64,000 nucleotides of DNA, taken from Eledone cirrhosa (Eukaryota). Where the stretch lies: assembly GCA_964016885.1 (NCBI GenBank), contig OZ024740.1, positions 52,700,001-52,764,000 of the forward strand, written 5' to 3'. A model generated the notes under the pieces. The model did no database searches. It had not been told where the DNA came from and saw nothing but the letters and a program-made list of their open reading frames with translations. Below are positions 24,170 to 36,584 of the stretch, one piece after another; positions within the stretch are counted from its first letter, which is position 1; each line of letters begins with the position of its first letter. Made by a program: the position numbers and the translations under genes.

Positions 24170-27125
24170 AACCTCACCGCACCGCACAACACCACACCAC
24201 ACTACTCCACAACACACCACTCCTCACTACTCCACACCACACTACTCCACATAAAAACACACCACACCACTCCTCACTACATCACACCACACCACACTAC
24301 TCCACACCACAACACACCACTCCTCACTACATCATACCACATAACACAACACAACTCCTCACTACATCACACCACACTATTCCACACTACATAACACCAC
24401 ACCTCACTACATCACACCACACTACTCCACATAAGAACACACCACACTACATAACACCACAACACAACACACCACACCTCACTATATCACACCACACTAC
24501 TCCACTCCACATAAAAACACACACTACTCCACACCACATAACACCCAACATTTTTTCCTCATCTTTTTATCATGTGTTATCAACTAATCCGAACTCCAAG
24601 TTGTTTGTTATTGACTCTCTCTTCATGGAAAACTTAGGTGGATGCATTTCTCTCATTTAACCCCAGAGTTTTCTGTAAGATTTTTCGTATGTTATCAACG
24701 AATATGACTTCCAAACCAGTTGGAAATGATTAGTTGTTCTAGAAAAAGCAGGTGGAAAAACCATTGTCGTTTTGTAGATATATACCCTAATGATTTTTCT
24801 TCGGTCTCCTTTTGAGTGCTATCAACTAATCTTACCTTTTAGTTGCTCTGAATCAATTTTTTTTTCTGGGATTTGGAAACTAAAACGAAATTAAACATAA
24901 AATTAAATCTAGCCCCAACCCTAAACTCTAAATCTAAACCAAACCAAGCTAAATCTAAATATAAACATTACCCAACCCTTAAACTAAACCCCAACCATAA
25001 AAATAAACCCTAAACATTACCCCAACCATAAAAGTAAACCCTAAACTTTACCCCAAACCTAAAACTAAACCCTAAACTTTACCCCAAACCTAAAATTAAA
25101 CCCTAAACTTTACCCCAAACCTAAAACTAAACCCTAAACTTTACCCCAACCCTAAAACTAGACCCTAAACTTTACCCCAACCCTAAAACTAACCTAGGGA
25201 AATAAGTTGATTGGAAGCATCTAGGAGGTCAGATTAATTAATAGCACAGGAAATATACCGAAAATGATTAAGTCCCACAACATGTGAGTGGGGTGTAGAT
25301 CTGCAAAACTCTTCCCCTCTCCCTCTCCTCTTTCTCCAAAGCTAGTTGTTTTTGACTGGTTTGGAAGTCATATTCACTGATAACGCATGAAAATAGAATC
25401 AAAGAGAAAATTCCGAGTAAGCAGGGGTTATCCGGGTGAAGGGGGAACCACCTCACCCCGCCGTTTTCCTGGGTGGAGGGGGAGTCAGTTTCAAGCATCT
25501 TGGAGATTGGATTAGTTGATAGCACGTGAAAAATAGGAGCAAAATATTTCACATCACATCACACATCAAATCACTCCGCACCACATACTACACATCTCAC
25601 CACACCACACCCCACACGCTACCACACTCCACTACACCATATCCCCCACCCTACATTGAACCACTGTCCACTACAATAAACCACACTCCACTACTCTACA
25701 CTACATCACACCACTGTCCACTAGACTAAACCACACTCCACTACCCTACACTACACTAACATCACATTTCACCACATCACATCTCACCACACCCCATCAC
25801 ACCACACGCTACCACACTCCACTACACCATATCCCCCACCCTACATTGAACCACACTCCACTCCACCACACCACTGTCCACTACAATAAACCACACTCCA
25901 CTACTCTACACTACACTACATCACACCACTGTCCACTAGACTAAACCACACTCCACTACCCTACACTACACCACACCACACCACTGTCTATTTGACTGTT
26001 TTCTATTTTGTAGGTATGTCCAGTTACAGTAAGAGAAAGAAAATTATTTCAAAGCATCTGAGTAAGTAAACACTTCATTCACCATCATTTTAAGCAGAAT
26101 CTCAGTGTAGTTTTAAATTGACCTTTTCATATGATTACACCTCAGTCTTAACTTAATCACCTGTAGATGGATGCTACATGTGTATTGTTAACATTAATCT
26201 AACGTTGTCCCCCCCCCCCCCCCACCTCACCATATCATACCACACCACATCACACCATGTTGTACCACACCAGACCACATAACACCATGTTATACCATAT
26301 ATATATATATGAGCTCCCCACTCGTTATATTAACTGTATCTCCTCGGCGTTTCGTGAAAGTCTGAGAGATCAGCTATATATTTGTTTACAATTTTTTTTT
26401 TATATTTAGATGGAAAAGAAGAAAAAGATGACGAAGCAGACGACTAAAATGACAACAAAGACAAAGAAGACACGGGAAACGAAGATGACGAAAAGAAGAA
26501 GAAAGTATGATCTCAGTTCAGTCTAAACCTAATGATTTATAGATATGATCTTAGTTCAGTCTTAACCTAATGACCTGTAGATACGATCTATTTAACTTAA
26601 ACATTCAAAGATATTTGTATATACTTTTGTTGATGTTTGACATTGTTTTTTAGTTATGAAATAGCTTATAAGCTACATTATAGGATCACAGTGCATGAGC
26701 ACACTGTTCTTTAAATTAACTTTATCTCCTCAGCACTTTGTAAAGTCTAAGAGATAGGCAACATATATGTTTTACATTCTTTGTTTTTGGTATTTAGATA
26801 GCAGAGGAGAAGATAAAGGTACAGAAGAAGTCAAAGGCACAGAAGAAGTCAAAGGCACAGAAGAAAACAAAGGCACAGAAGAAGACAAAGAAAATGAATA
26901 AGAAGAACAATTATTATTACTATTATTATTATTTGTATTATTATAATCAAACTAAGCCACACTACATCAACCTATACCATACCACACCACACTACGAAAC
27001 ACTGTACGACCTCACATCAGACCATGCTATGAAACAATATACCATACTACACTATACAACAATAGACAACACCACACAAGACTATGAAACACTATACTTT
27101 ACCACACTATATCACACCACTCAAG
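24170..27125. repeat. complex low-complexity region: (CACCA/ACTAC)n blocks, inverted repeat around a 31-bp CCCTAAA array, triplicated ~110-bp unit
   Basis: Direct inspection; see findings. Confidence 0.7.
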
Positions 27126-27149
27126 TTAGAGAGGATCAACTTTTTTTTC

Positions 27150-29420
27150 CTGGAAAGTAGAAAACCTAACTTTAAAAATAACACTTGCTCTAACAGTGAA
27201 CTTAGCGCTAACATGAAAACTAACACAAACACAAAATCTGAATACTAACACAAACACTAACCTGAACACTAACACTAACCTGAGCACTAACACTAAAAGT
27301 AACACAAACACTAATCTGAAAACTGATACTAACCAGAAAACTAAGCTAACATTAACTTCAACACTAAAACAAACACTAACGCTAACAGAGATACTAACAC
27401 AAAAACAAACACTAACACAATCTCTAACACTAACCTCAACACTAACACTAAAACTAACACTAACCTGAAAATTAAGCTAACATTAACCTGAACACTAACA
27501 TAAACACTAATGCTAACAATAACAGAAATACTAATGCTAACATTAACACAAAAACAAAGATTAACGCTAACACAATCACTAACACTAATGGAAACATCAA
27601 ACACTAATGCTAACAGAGATACTAACACAAAAACAAATACTAACACTAACATTAACTTGAACACTAATACTAACCTGAACACTTACACTAAAACTAACAT
27701 TAACCTGAACACTAACCCTAAAACTAACGCTAACAGAGATACTAACACAAATATTAACACAAAAACAAACACTAACATTAACTTGAACACTAACACTAAC
27801 CTGAAAACTAAGCTAACATTAACCTGAACACTAACACAAACACTCATGCTGACACTAACAGAAATACTAATGCTAACATTAACACAAAAACAAAGACTAA
27901 CGCTAACACAATCACTAACACTAATGGAAACATCAATCACTAATGCTAACAGAGATACTAACACAAATATTAACACAAAAACAAATACTAACACTAACAC
28001 AATCTCTAACACTAACATAACCTGAACACTTACACTAAAACTAACATTAACCTAAACACTAGCACTAAAACTAACACTACCATAAACAGTAACACAAACA
28101 CTAACACTGATCTGAGCACTAACAGTAACTCTAGCACTAAAACTAACACGAACACTAATCTGAAAACTGATACTAACCAGAAAACTAAGCTAACATTAAC
28201 CTCAACACTAAAACAAACACTAACATTAACAGAAAAACAAAGACTAGCACTAACACTAATGGAAACATTAACACAAAATAAAACACTAACACTAATGGAA
28301 AAAATAACACTAACACTACCGTAAACACTAACACTAATACAAAATCAAACACTAACACGAACACTAATGGAAACACTAACACTCAAAATAACCTGAACAC
28401 TAACACTAACGCCAACGCTGACACTGACGAAGATGGCTATGCTGGCACAATCGCTTACGCTGACACAAACACTAATGTGAATACTGATGCAGGTGCAATG
28501 GCTGACAAAGACTCTGACGCACACGCTGATGTAAATGCTACACAGACTCTAACGCTGACGTGGACACTGACACAAATGCTCACGCTGATGCAAACACTAA
28601 AGCAAATGCAGTCACTAATGCAAACACAGACGCAAATGTTGATGCAGATGTTAAAGCAAACGCAAATGCTGACGCAAACGATAACAGCGATGCTAATGTG
28701 AACCTTAACGCAGACGTAAACATTGACGTAGAAGCTAAAGGAAACACTGATGCATACACTAATGAAAATGCTGACACAGACGCTAACACACGTTAACATA
28801 GATGCTAACGTAAAGACTGATGCAGATGCTAATATAAACACTGACGCAGATGCTAACATAAACGCTGACACAGATGCTAACACACGTTGACACAGACGCT
28901 AACGTAAACGATGACGCAGACGCTAATGTAAACAATGACGTAGAAGCTAACGTAAACGCTGACACAGACGCAAATGTAAACGCTGACGCTGATGTAGATG
29001 CAAATACAGACGCTGATGTAGAAGCTAACACAAACGCTGACACAGACACTAATGTAAGCGCTGACTTAGAAGCTAATGTAGATGCTGACGTAGAAGCTAA
29101 CGTAGATGTTAACATAGACGCTAACGTAAACGCTGACGTAGAAGCTAACAAAACGCTGACGTAGTTCTTAACGTAGAAATTAGCGTTTACCCTTACCGCC
29201 GAAGCTGATCTCCAAAACGCAATTGCTGATGCGGATTGCTGAGGCCAAAGCCAAAGCTAACGCTGACGCAAATGTTGAGGCAGTTTTGCCGGCGCTGACG
29301 TGTATGCTGACGCTAACGCAAATGCTGATGCGGACGCTAGGGCTAAGGCTAACGCTAACGCTGACGCAAATGCTGAAGTTAACGCTTACATGGGATATGC
29401 AGACGTTGCAATCATGCGGA
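27150..29420. repeat. degenerate hexamer satellite (ACTAAC grading into GCTAAC/GCTGAC)
   Basis: Six-base periodicity with higher-order duplications. Confidence 0.85.
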
Positions 29421-29753
29421 CGAAACAACATCTGAATATTTCTACAAAGAACATACCCGTACCAAGCAGGAAGAAATACCTAAAACTATGTCTCCACGAA
29501 CCAAAGTATCGCCTTCCTGTCTTCCTTCGGTTGCAACGTTTTTCGAAATATTTACTTCTGCATTCACAGATTAATTTTTTTTGTTTCAGAAGATCCCATT
29601 AAGGGTGAAAGCAGCCGATTCTTTGCTTAAACTTTAATCTGTTATTTTAATAAATATTTGCTCTACAGTTCTTACATATTTATCCTTATCGAGCCCTCTT
29701 TGGATGTTAGTCTTCATATGTATTATTATTACTATATATATATATATATATAT

Positions 29754-30265
29754 TATTAATGGTCAGTCCACTTCTACTAAATGTAATGTAAAAATAACAT
29801 TTTCTTCTTGTCTCCCCACCCTTCGGTTCATTCATCCATATATCTATAATCGCCCAGAATCCCAATCCTACTTCTTAATTGCTTTCTGTCTGACTGTTCT
29901 AAATAATCTTCTCCACGCTTGTTCTAAATAATCTTCTCGCTACCATTTTGGCCGAAAAATTTTCCAGGATTCATAAAAATGGCTTCTCTCGGCCCTCTAA
30001 ATCGCTATCACACCCACTCTCTCTCACTCCCTACTCGCACCAAATATAAATAAACCTGTTACGAGGGACAAATCTCAGAATTTGTCAACTCTTATTTATT
30101 AATGGTCAGTCCACTTCTACGAAATGTAATGTAAAAATAACATTTTCTTCTTGTCACCCCACCCTTCGGTTCATTCATCCATATATCTATAATCGCCCAG
30201 AATCCAAATCCTACTTCTTAATTGCTATTCTATAATTCTGTCTGACTGTTCTAAATAATCTTCTC
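29754..30265. repeat. partial tandem duplication (period ~344 bp) next to (TA)n
   Basis: TATTAATGGTCAGTCCACTTCTAC...TAAATAATCTTCTCC at ~29754 and ~30098. Confidence 0.85.
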
Positions 30266-30269
30266 CTCG

Positions 30270-33200
30270 CTAACTACCCCATACCCCTCCCCCACTCTCC
30301 ACCTTTATTATTTGGACCAATCACAAGTCAACGGCCTATGCTATCACTTCTGGTTGCTTTTCGATATGATGGATGGACTCAGGAATTTCTGGAGAGTCTG
30401 AAGAATCTGGACACTCAAAGACAATGCCAAAGATAACAACAAATTCACCTCATGCTGCCAGACGAAAGGGCAAGGCCCCCTCCTTTTTGTTGCGGCCGCG
30501 GATGGCCAACATAACCCCAACTCCATCCCCCTCACCCCTCCCTGCGCCCTACCCACCAAACGCAATCCAAAACTTCAGAGTTGGTACCATGAATGTAGGC
30601 ACCTTAAAAGGCCGCTCTAACGAGGTTGTAGAAATGCTTGAACGTAAGGAGGTTGATGTTTGCTGTATCCAAGAGACCAGGTGGAGAGGCGGGTCTGCTA
30701 GATTCATTGTGGGTAAAAAACGATGCTATAAGCTTTTCTGGGTGGGGTAGGAATCATGTTAGCAGAAAAATGGGTGGATAAGATAATAGACGTAAATAGA
30801 GTGAATGACAGAATAATTAAAATAAGACTTGTTCTAAATAGAACTACTGTGACAGTAATATCTGCGTACGCGCCCCAATCCGGACTGCCTGGCGTTATAA
30901 AAGACAGATTCTATGAGACACTGATGCTCACTACCTCCCAAATAACCGACAGTGACTATATAATTATTGCTGGCGACCTAAATGGTCATGTTGGACAACA
31001 TTGTGACGGCTATGACGGAATCCACGGAGGCTATGGGTTTGGTACTAGAAATGAAGAAGGCTCCAGAATCCTGGAATTCTGTGACGCAAATAACCTAACT
31101 ATCTGTAACACTAACTTCAAAAAACGAGACAATCACTTGATCACCTACAGATCAGGGGAACACACTAGCCAGGTAGATTATATCGTTACCAGAAGACGTG
31201 ACAGAGTGTCTGTTGTAAACACTAAATCCCTCCCCCATGAAGAATGCACCTCCCAACATAGACGGATAATTAGCGACCTCATAGTCAGGATGAGACGTAC
31301 TCGACAGCAGAAGAGGACTATCCTCAGGAGAAAAATATGGAAGCTAAAGGACCCCACAGCCAGAAATAAATTTAAAAGCATATTACTTGATGCTTTCAAC
31401 AGTAAGGAAGAGCATTTAGAGTCGTACAATATAGAGGAACAGTGGGAATTCCTGAAAGCAAACCTGCTGATGGTGGTAGACGAAGTCTGTGGCTGGAGCA
31501 GGCCGAAAGGCAGGAGGAGAGTAACATGGCGGTGGAACAGTAAGGTGGAGGAGTCAATTAAGGCCAAAAAGCAGGCTTGGAAAGTATGGCGGGATGGGGG
31601 AAGTAGAGAAGACTATCAAGTGGCCAGGAGGGAAGCTAGGAGACAAGTGTACTTCGCAAGAAGGGAAGCAGAGGAAAGAAAGTTCAAGCATGTTCTACAA
31701 CACGAGGATCAAAAACGTCAGGTGTTCAGGATTGCTAGGCAATGTGTCAAGGAAAACCGTGGTATTGTCGGGGAGAAGTGTGTCCTTAATGATGATGATG
31801 GTGTACTTGCCATCACTGACGCTGATAAGAAGGTAGCTTGGAAGTGTCACTACGAAAGGCTACTAAATGAGGAGAATAAATGGGAGAAAGACAGTCTCCC
31901 CCACATCGACTCAATAGAGGGACCAGCAGTGTTAGTCGAAGGTAGTATAATAAGTAAGGCAATCAAAGACATGAAGGCGGGTAAGGCTGCTGGGCCTTCG
32001 GAAATAGTTGCTGAAATGCTGAAAGCTTCTGGAACGGTGGAACACACTATGGTCACCCGGATAGTAAACCAAGTCATACAGAATGGGGTCATTCTGAAGG
32101 ACTGGCGTAGCAACATCATCATTAACTGCTACAAAGGTAAAGGAGATGCCCTAGATAGGAGTAACTATAGAGGCATTAAATTAATCGACCAGGTCATGAA
32201 GGTCAGAGAAAAAGTAATAGCGCAACTAATCAGAGAGAGAATTGATCTAGATGAAATGCAGTTCGGGTTTGTGTCAGGCAAAAGTACCACAGACGCTCTT
32301 TTCATTGTACGACAACTAAAGGAGAAGTACCTAGCTAAAAGTAAACCCCTATACTTAGCTTTAACGACTTGGAAAAAGTCTTCGACAGAGTCCCCCGTTC
32401 CATTATCTGGTGGGCTCTTAGAAAACTAGGTGTTGATGAATGGCTTGTGAGAGCTATACAAGCCATGTATAAAGAAACAGTAAGCAAGGTTAGAATTAAC
32501 AACGAATATAGTGAAGAGTTTAGCGTAAAAGTTGGTGTTCATCAGGGCTCCGTTTTTAGCCCCCTACTATTTATTATTGCCCTTCAGGCTATAACAGTGG
32601 AGTTCAAGACCGGCTGCCCATGGGAACTCCTATATGCAGATGATCTAACGCTCATAGCTGAATCAATGGCCAAACTAGAGAAGAAATTCCAAACATGGAA
32701 GCATGGCCTAGAATTAAAAGGCCTTAAAATTAACCTGTCTAAGACTAAAGTTCTAGTTTGTAGGAAGGAAAATAGGGCGCCGGTCCCATCCGGGAAATGG
32801 CCATGCTCAGTGTGTAGGAAAGGAGTAGGTAGAAACTCCATTTTATGTCCCAAATGCAAAGTATGGGTACATAAAAGATGTAGTGGGATCACAGGTAAGC
32901 TAATTCAGAGAGCTTATACCACTATTAGCCGCTAAAGGGTTCTCTCTAAAAATGAAAGGCAGGCTGTATGATGCCTGCATACGAACAGCAATGTTGCATG
33001 GCAGTGAGACCTGGGCATTGCGTGCAGAGGATATACGCAGACTAGATACGCTGGATGTGTAATAGTAATATACGTGAACGGCAAAGCATAAACGAACTAA
33101 GGAAAAAATTAGAAATAAGAGGGATCAGATGTTGTTTACTTGAGAGAAGGCTACGTTGGTATGGTCACGTGATGCGCATGAAGGACGATAGCTGTATAAC

Positions 33201-33741
33201 AAAGTGCAGGGCAATAAAGATAGACGGTAGCCATGGAATAGGCAGACCCAGAAAAACCTGGGACGAGCTGATAAATTCCAACCTCACACACTTACACCTC
33301 ACCAAGACAATGTCACTGGACTGAGACCTTTGGCGGTACTCAGTAATAGAGAAGACACGCCTTACCTAAATACAAAGTAAAACCTACTACAGTCAGTAGG
33401 CATCTCTAACAAAATAAACCCCCATCCCATCCACACCGCCCCTTTCAATGTAAAGTTATGTTGGTGCCACAACATCCAGGCCGAAACAAATGAGATCGTG
33501 TAGGTGTTACGTCAAAAAAACACACAGTTCACGCTGTAATGTGGCCATGTAGGCAACACGGTAAAAACCTCCCAGACCCACACTGTAAATGTGGTTGGTT
33601 AGGAAGGGCATCCAGCTGTAGAAAACCCGCCAGATAGTCCTATGCGAGCAAGATAATCACTCTTGCCTCAAGTGGGAAAACCCCCGTCCAAACCCATGCA
33701 AGCGTGGAACACGGACGTTAAACGTTGATGATGATGATGAT
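30270..33741 (+). mobile_element. near full-length RTE LINE family B (APE-RT-PHD), inactivated
   Basis: APE motifs GTMNVGTL, IQETRW, SAYAP, GDLNGHVG; RT YADD; small deletion at ~30750, frameshift at ~32365, deletions at ~32901 and ~33045; (GAT)n tail. Confidence 0.95.
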
Positions 33742-33989
33742 ACACAAACACACATATATATATATATATACACAAACACACACACATACATATATATATA
33801 CACACACATATACAAACACACACACACATATTTATATCTTTTAGCAGAGCATTTTAATATTGCCACTCAATGAAAACCCTTTGTTTGTTTGGAATAAATG
33901 AATCTTGAAAATCAGGAGTGCCTGTCAGTGTGTATGTGTTTGTCTACTTAGCATCAATTTACTACCCTCCCCATATTACATTGACAGTC

Positions 33990-34041
33990 GGCTTTTCTGA
34001 TGATTTCCTCCGAATGAAACAGTTCTAGTCCTGTTGAAGCC
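33990..34041 (+). ncRNA. type I hammerhead motif (same family as 22988-23038)
   Basis: GGCTTTT-CTGATGA-TTTC(CTCC)GAAT-GAAA-CAG(TTCTAGTC)CTG-TT-GAAGCC; helix I needs one bulge. Confidence 0.65.
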
Positions 34042-34064
34042 ATTTCTATATTAAATATATATAT

Positions 34065-34665
34065 ATACTCTTTTAGCTGTTCCAGCCATCTGGCTGAGAC
34101 CATGATTGGGCACTGCCCTTGTTGCTACACATTCTATCTCCAGCCTGTGTTGGCTGGCCATTGATGTACGAGGGAGTTCGTTGCTGCTGCCCTTAGGTTA
34201 CCTTCGTACCGTAATGTGGGCTCATCCGGGATCCTGGATAACAGGGTGTCGAAAAGTTTCTTGAAAATATCCACGGCCACACCATGTAGATCTCTCAAAT
34301 CCCTTGGCAGTTTATTGTAGAGTTGAGGGCCTTTGAACCCCAGTCTATTGCAATATCTGCTTCTTGCTCTAGATGTGGAAGACGGGACCTTTGTCACCAC
34401 ACAGTGACGTCCTGTTCGGGGGTTGGTCCTGCTCTCAATACCAAAGTTTGGCGCTAGTCCCTCCAGGATTTTCCATATGTATATCACTGCGTATCTCTCC
34501 CGTCTTCGTTCCAAGGAGTAGAGTTTCAGTTCTTTTAGCCTCTCCCAGTAGCTCATCTCCTTCATCGTGCAATCCTCTTGGTGTAGCTTCGTTGGATTGT
34601 CTCAAGTTCCGTGGTTAGTTTGATACTATGGGGTGACCACAGCTGGGAGCAATAGTCCAGGCGGC
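34065..34665 (-). mobile_element. CR1-group LINE 3' fragment
   Basis: SYWERLKELKLYSLERRRERYAVIYIWKIL, typical of the CR1-like ORF2 C-terminus. Confidence 0.75.
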
Positions 34666-35295
34666 TTAGGACAAATGGCCTTCATAGTATCAACATGGTC
34701 TCCCGGTCTCTTATATAGAAAACCTCAACTAAAACGTCAAGATTTGTTTCGATTTAACAGAGCAGAAAGAATTCGCGTCAGAATATTCCAACCAATCCAG
34801 CCTATATCAGCTGAATAAATATGTATATGGAGATATATATATACACACCCACATGCACATATATATATATATACACACACATACATACACGCATGCAGGC
34901 ATACATGATGGCTGCCCCCTCGTTATCGAGTATGGCCATTGCACGATATACCATTATTAATAATTATTAATTAATTCTATCGTGCAATGCCTGTGCATGA
35001 AGATATTTTTTTTTTTAAATGAGGAAAGACTGTTCACTGAGCCAATCCCACTCTCTGAGCGACAGTAGCTATAACTCGAAAAGAAGAAAATATCAACATC
35101 ATCGGTAACTACTGAGCCGCAGGTTTTATATTGGAGTTATCCCAGTTTCCTGAGTTGCCTTCTCCTAGAAGAATGCCCTGACAAAGGCTAGGGGTCCTTC
35201 ACTCCCAGTGGTTTAACTGCGCGATCGGGTGTCCAGCCCGATTATTTCTATGTCCCCGCGCATGTACATACACATGCACCCATGTATATACACAT

Positions 35296-36363
35296 ATCAT
35301 CATCATCATCATCATCACCGTTTTACGTCCGTTCTTCCACGCTAGCATGGGTTAGACGGGTTGTCCTGTTGTGGGCAGTGTCTGGTCGGCTGACCATGCC
35401 TTGCTCATACAGGAACTGATCTGGCTTGATTTCTACAGCTGGATGCCCTTCCTAACACCAACCTCATTTACAGTGAGTGCTGGGTGCTTTTTCGTGGCGC
35501 CTACACGTCCACTTTACAGTGTGGGCTGGGTGCTTTTTTGCCGTGGCACCTCCACGACCACCTTGCGGGGGGGGGGGGGGGCATATTGTTTATATGCTTC
35601 AGCATGTACCCATGGGAGGTCGGGTACCCTGTATTACTGCGTGACGCCAGAAGTCACGGTCGTGTGTCATTGACTTTGAGAGGTGTAGTTGGGTAAGGTC
35701 GGCTTTTATCACCTCATCCCAAGTCATCTTGGGTCTCCCCACTCCGCGGTTTCCATCAACTTCTAGTGCTCTGCACCTTTTTATGCAGCTGTCATCCTTC
35801 ATACGCATCACATGTCCATACCAGCGTAACCGCCTCTCCTGCACGCAGCATTTGATTCCTCTTATGCTCAGTCTCTCTCTCAATTCCTTTATGCTTTGTC
35901 GTTCACGTATATTACTGTTACACATCCATCGGAGCATGCAGGCTTCGTTTCTCTCTAATCTACGTAAGTCTTCCACCTTCAGCGCCCAGGTCTCACTACC
36001 ATGCAACATCGCTGTTCGGATACACGCATCATACAGTCTGCCTTTCATTCTGAGGGAGAAGCCTTTTGCAGCTAGCAGTGGTAGTAGTTCCCTAAACTTC
36101 TTCCATCCCGTTCTTACCCTAGTTATTGTACTTTCTGAGCACCCACCTCCGTTGCTAATTCGGTCACCTAGGTAGCAGAAGCTGTCTACTGTTTCTACAG
36201 GGCCCTCCCAGAGATTGGTGGTACTTGTTTCCTGTGGCTGTTTGCTTGCTGTTTCAGCACAGCTGCTGCATGTGAATCCTACATTCTTAATTAAGCTTCC
36301 TGAGATCCCGCTACATCTCTTGTGTACCCATTGTTTGCATTTGGGGCAGAGAATGGAGTTCCT
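35296..36363 (-). mobile_element. 5'-truncated RTE family A, almost identical to 18531-19600
   Basis: ORF translation differs from the 18833 copy by about one residue over the shared length. Confidence 0.95.
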
Positions 36364-36584
36364 GCAATATACATATACATACATATGTACATGTGTATAT
36401 ACATATTTACACACTTTTGGATGGCCGTTGACTCTTATAAGATCTTCTGCCCTTTGTCAGGTTTTGTTTTTTGTGTGGTTGCCGGTTTAGTCGCCGATGA
36501 CCCGACCATGCGACAGGTTGTACTGGGTTACATGTTACCAGTAACACTCAAGAGTGACCCGACATATATACATACATACTACAT

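Noticed and set aside
24885-25195. Interstitial true telomere
   Set aside because: Unit is a 31-bp composite, not a (TTAGGG)n array
34735-34790. Hammerhead on the minus strand (CTGACGC...GAAAC)
   Set aside because: A9 missing and helices I and III do not pair convincingly
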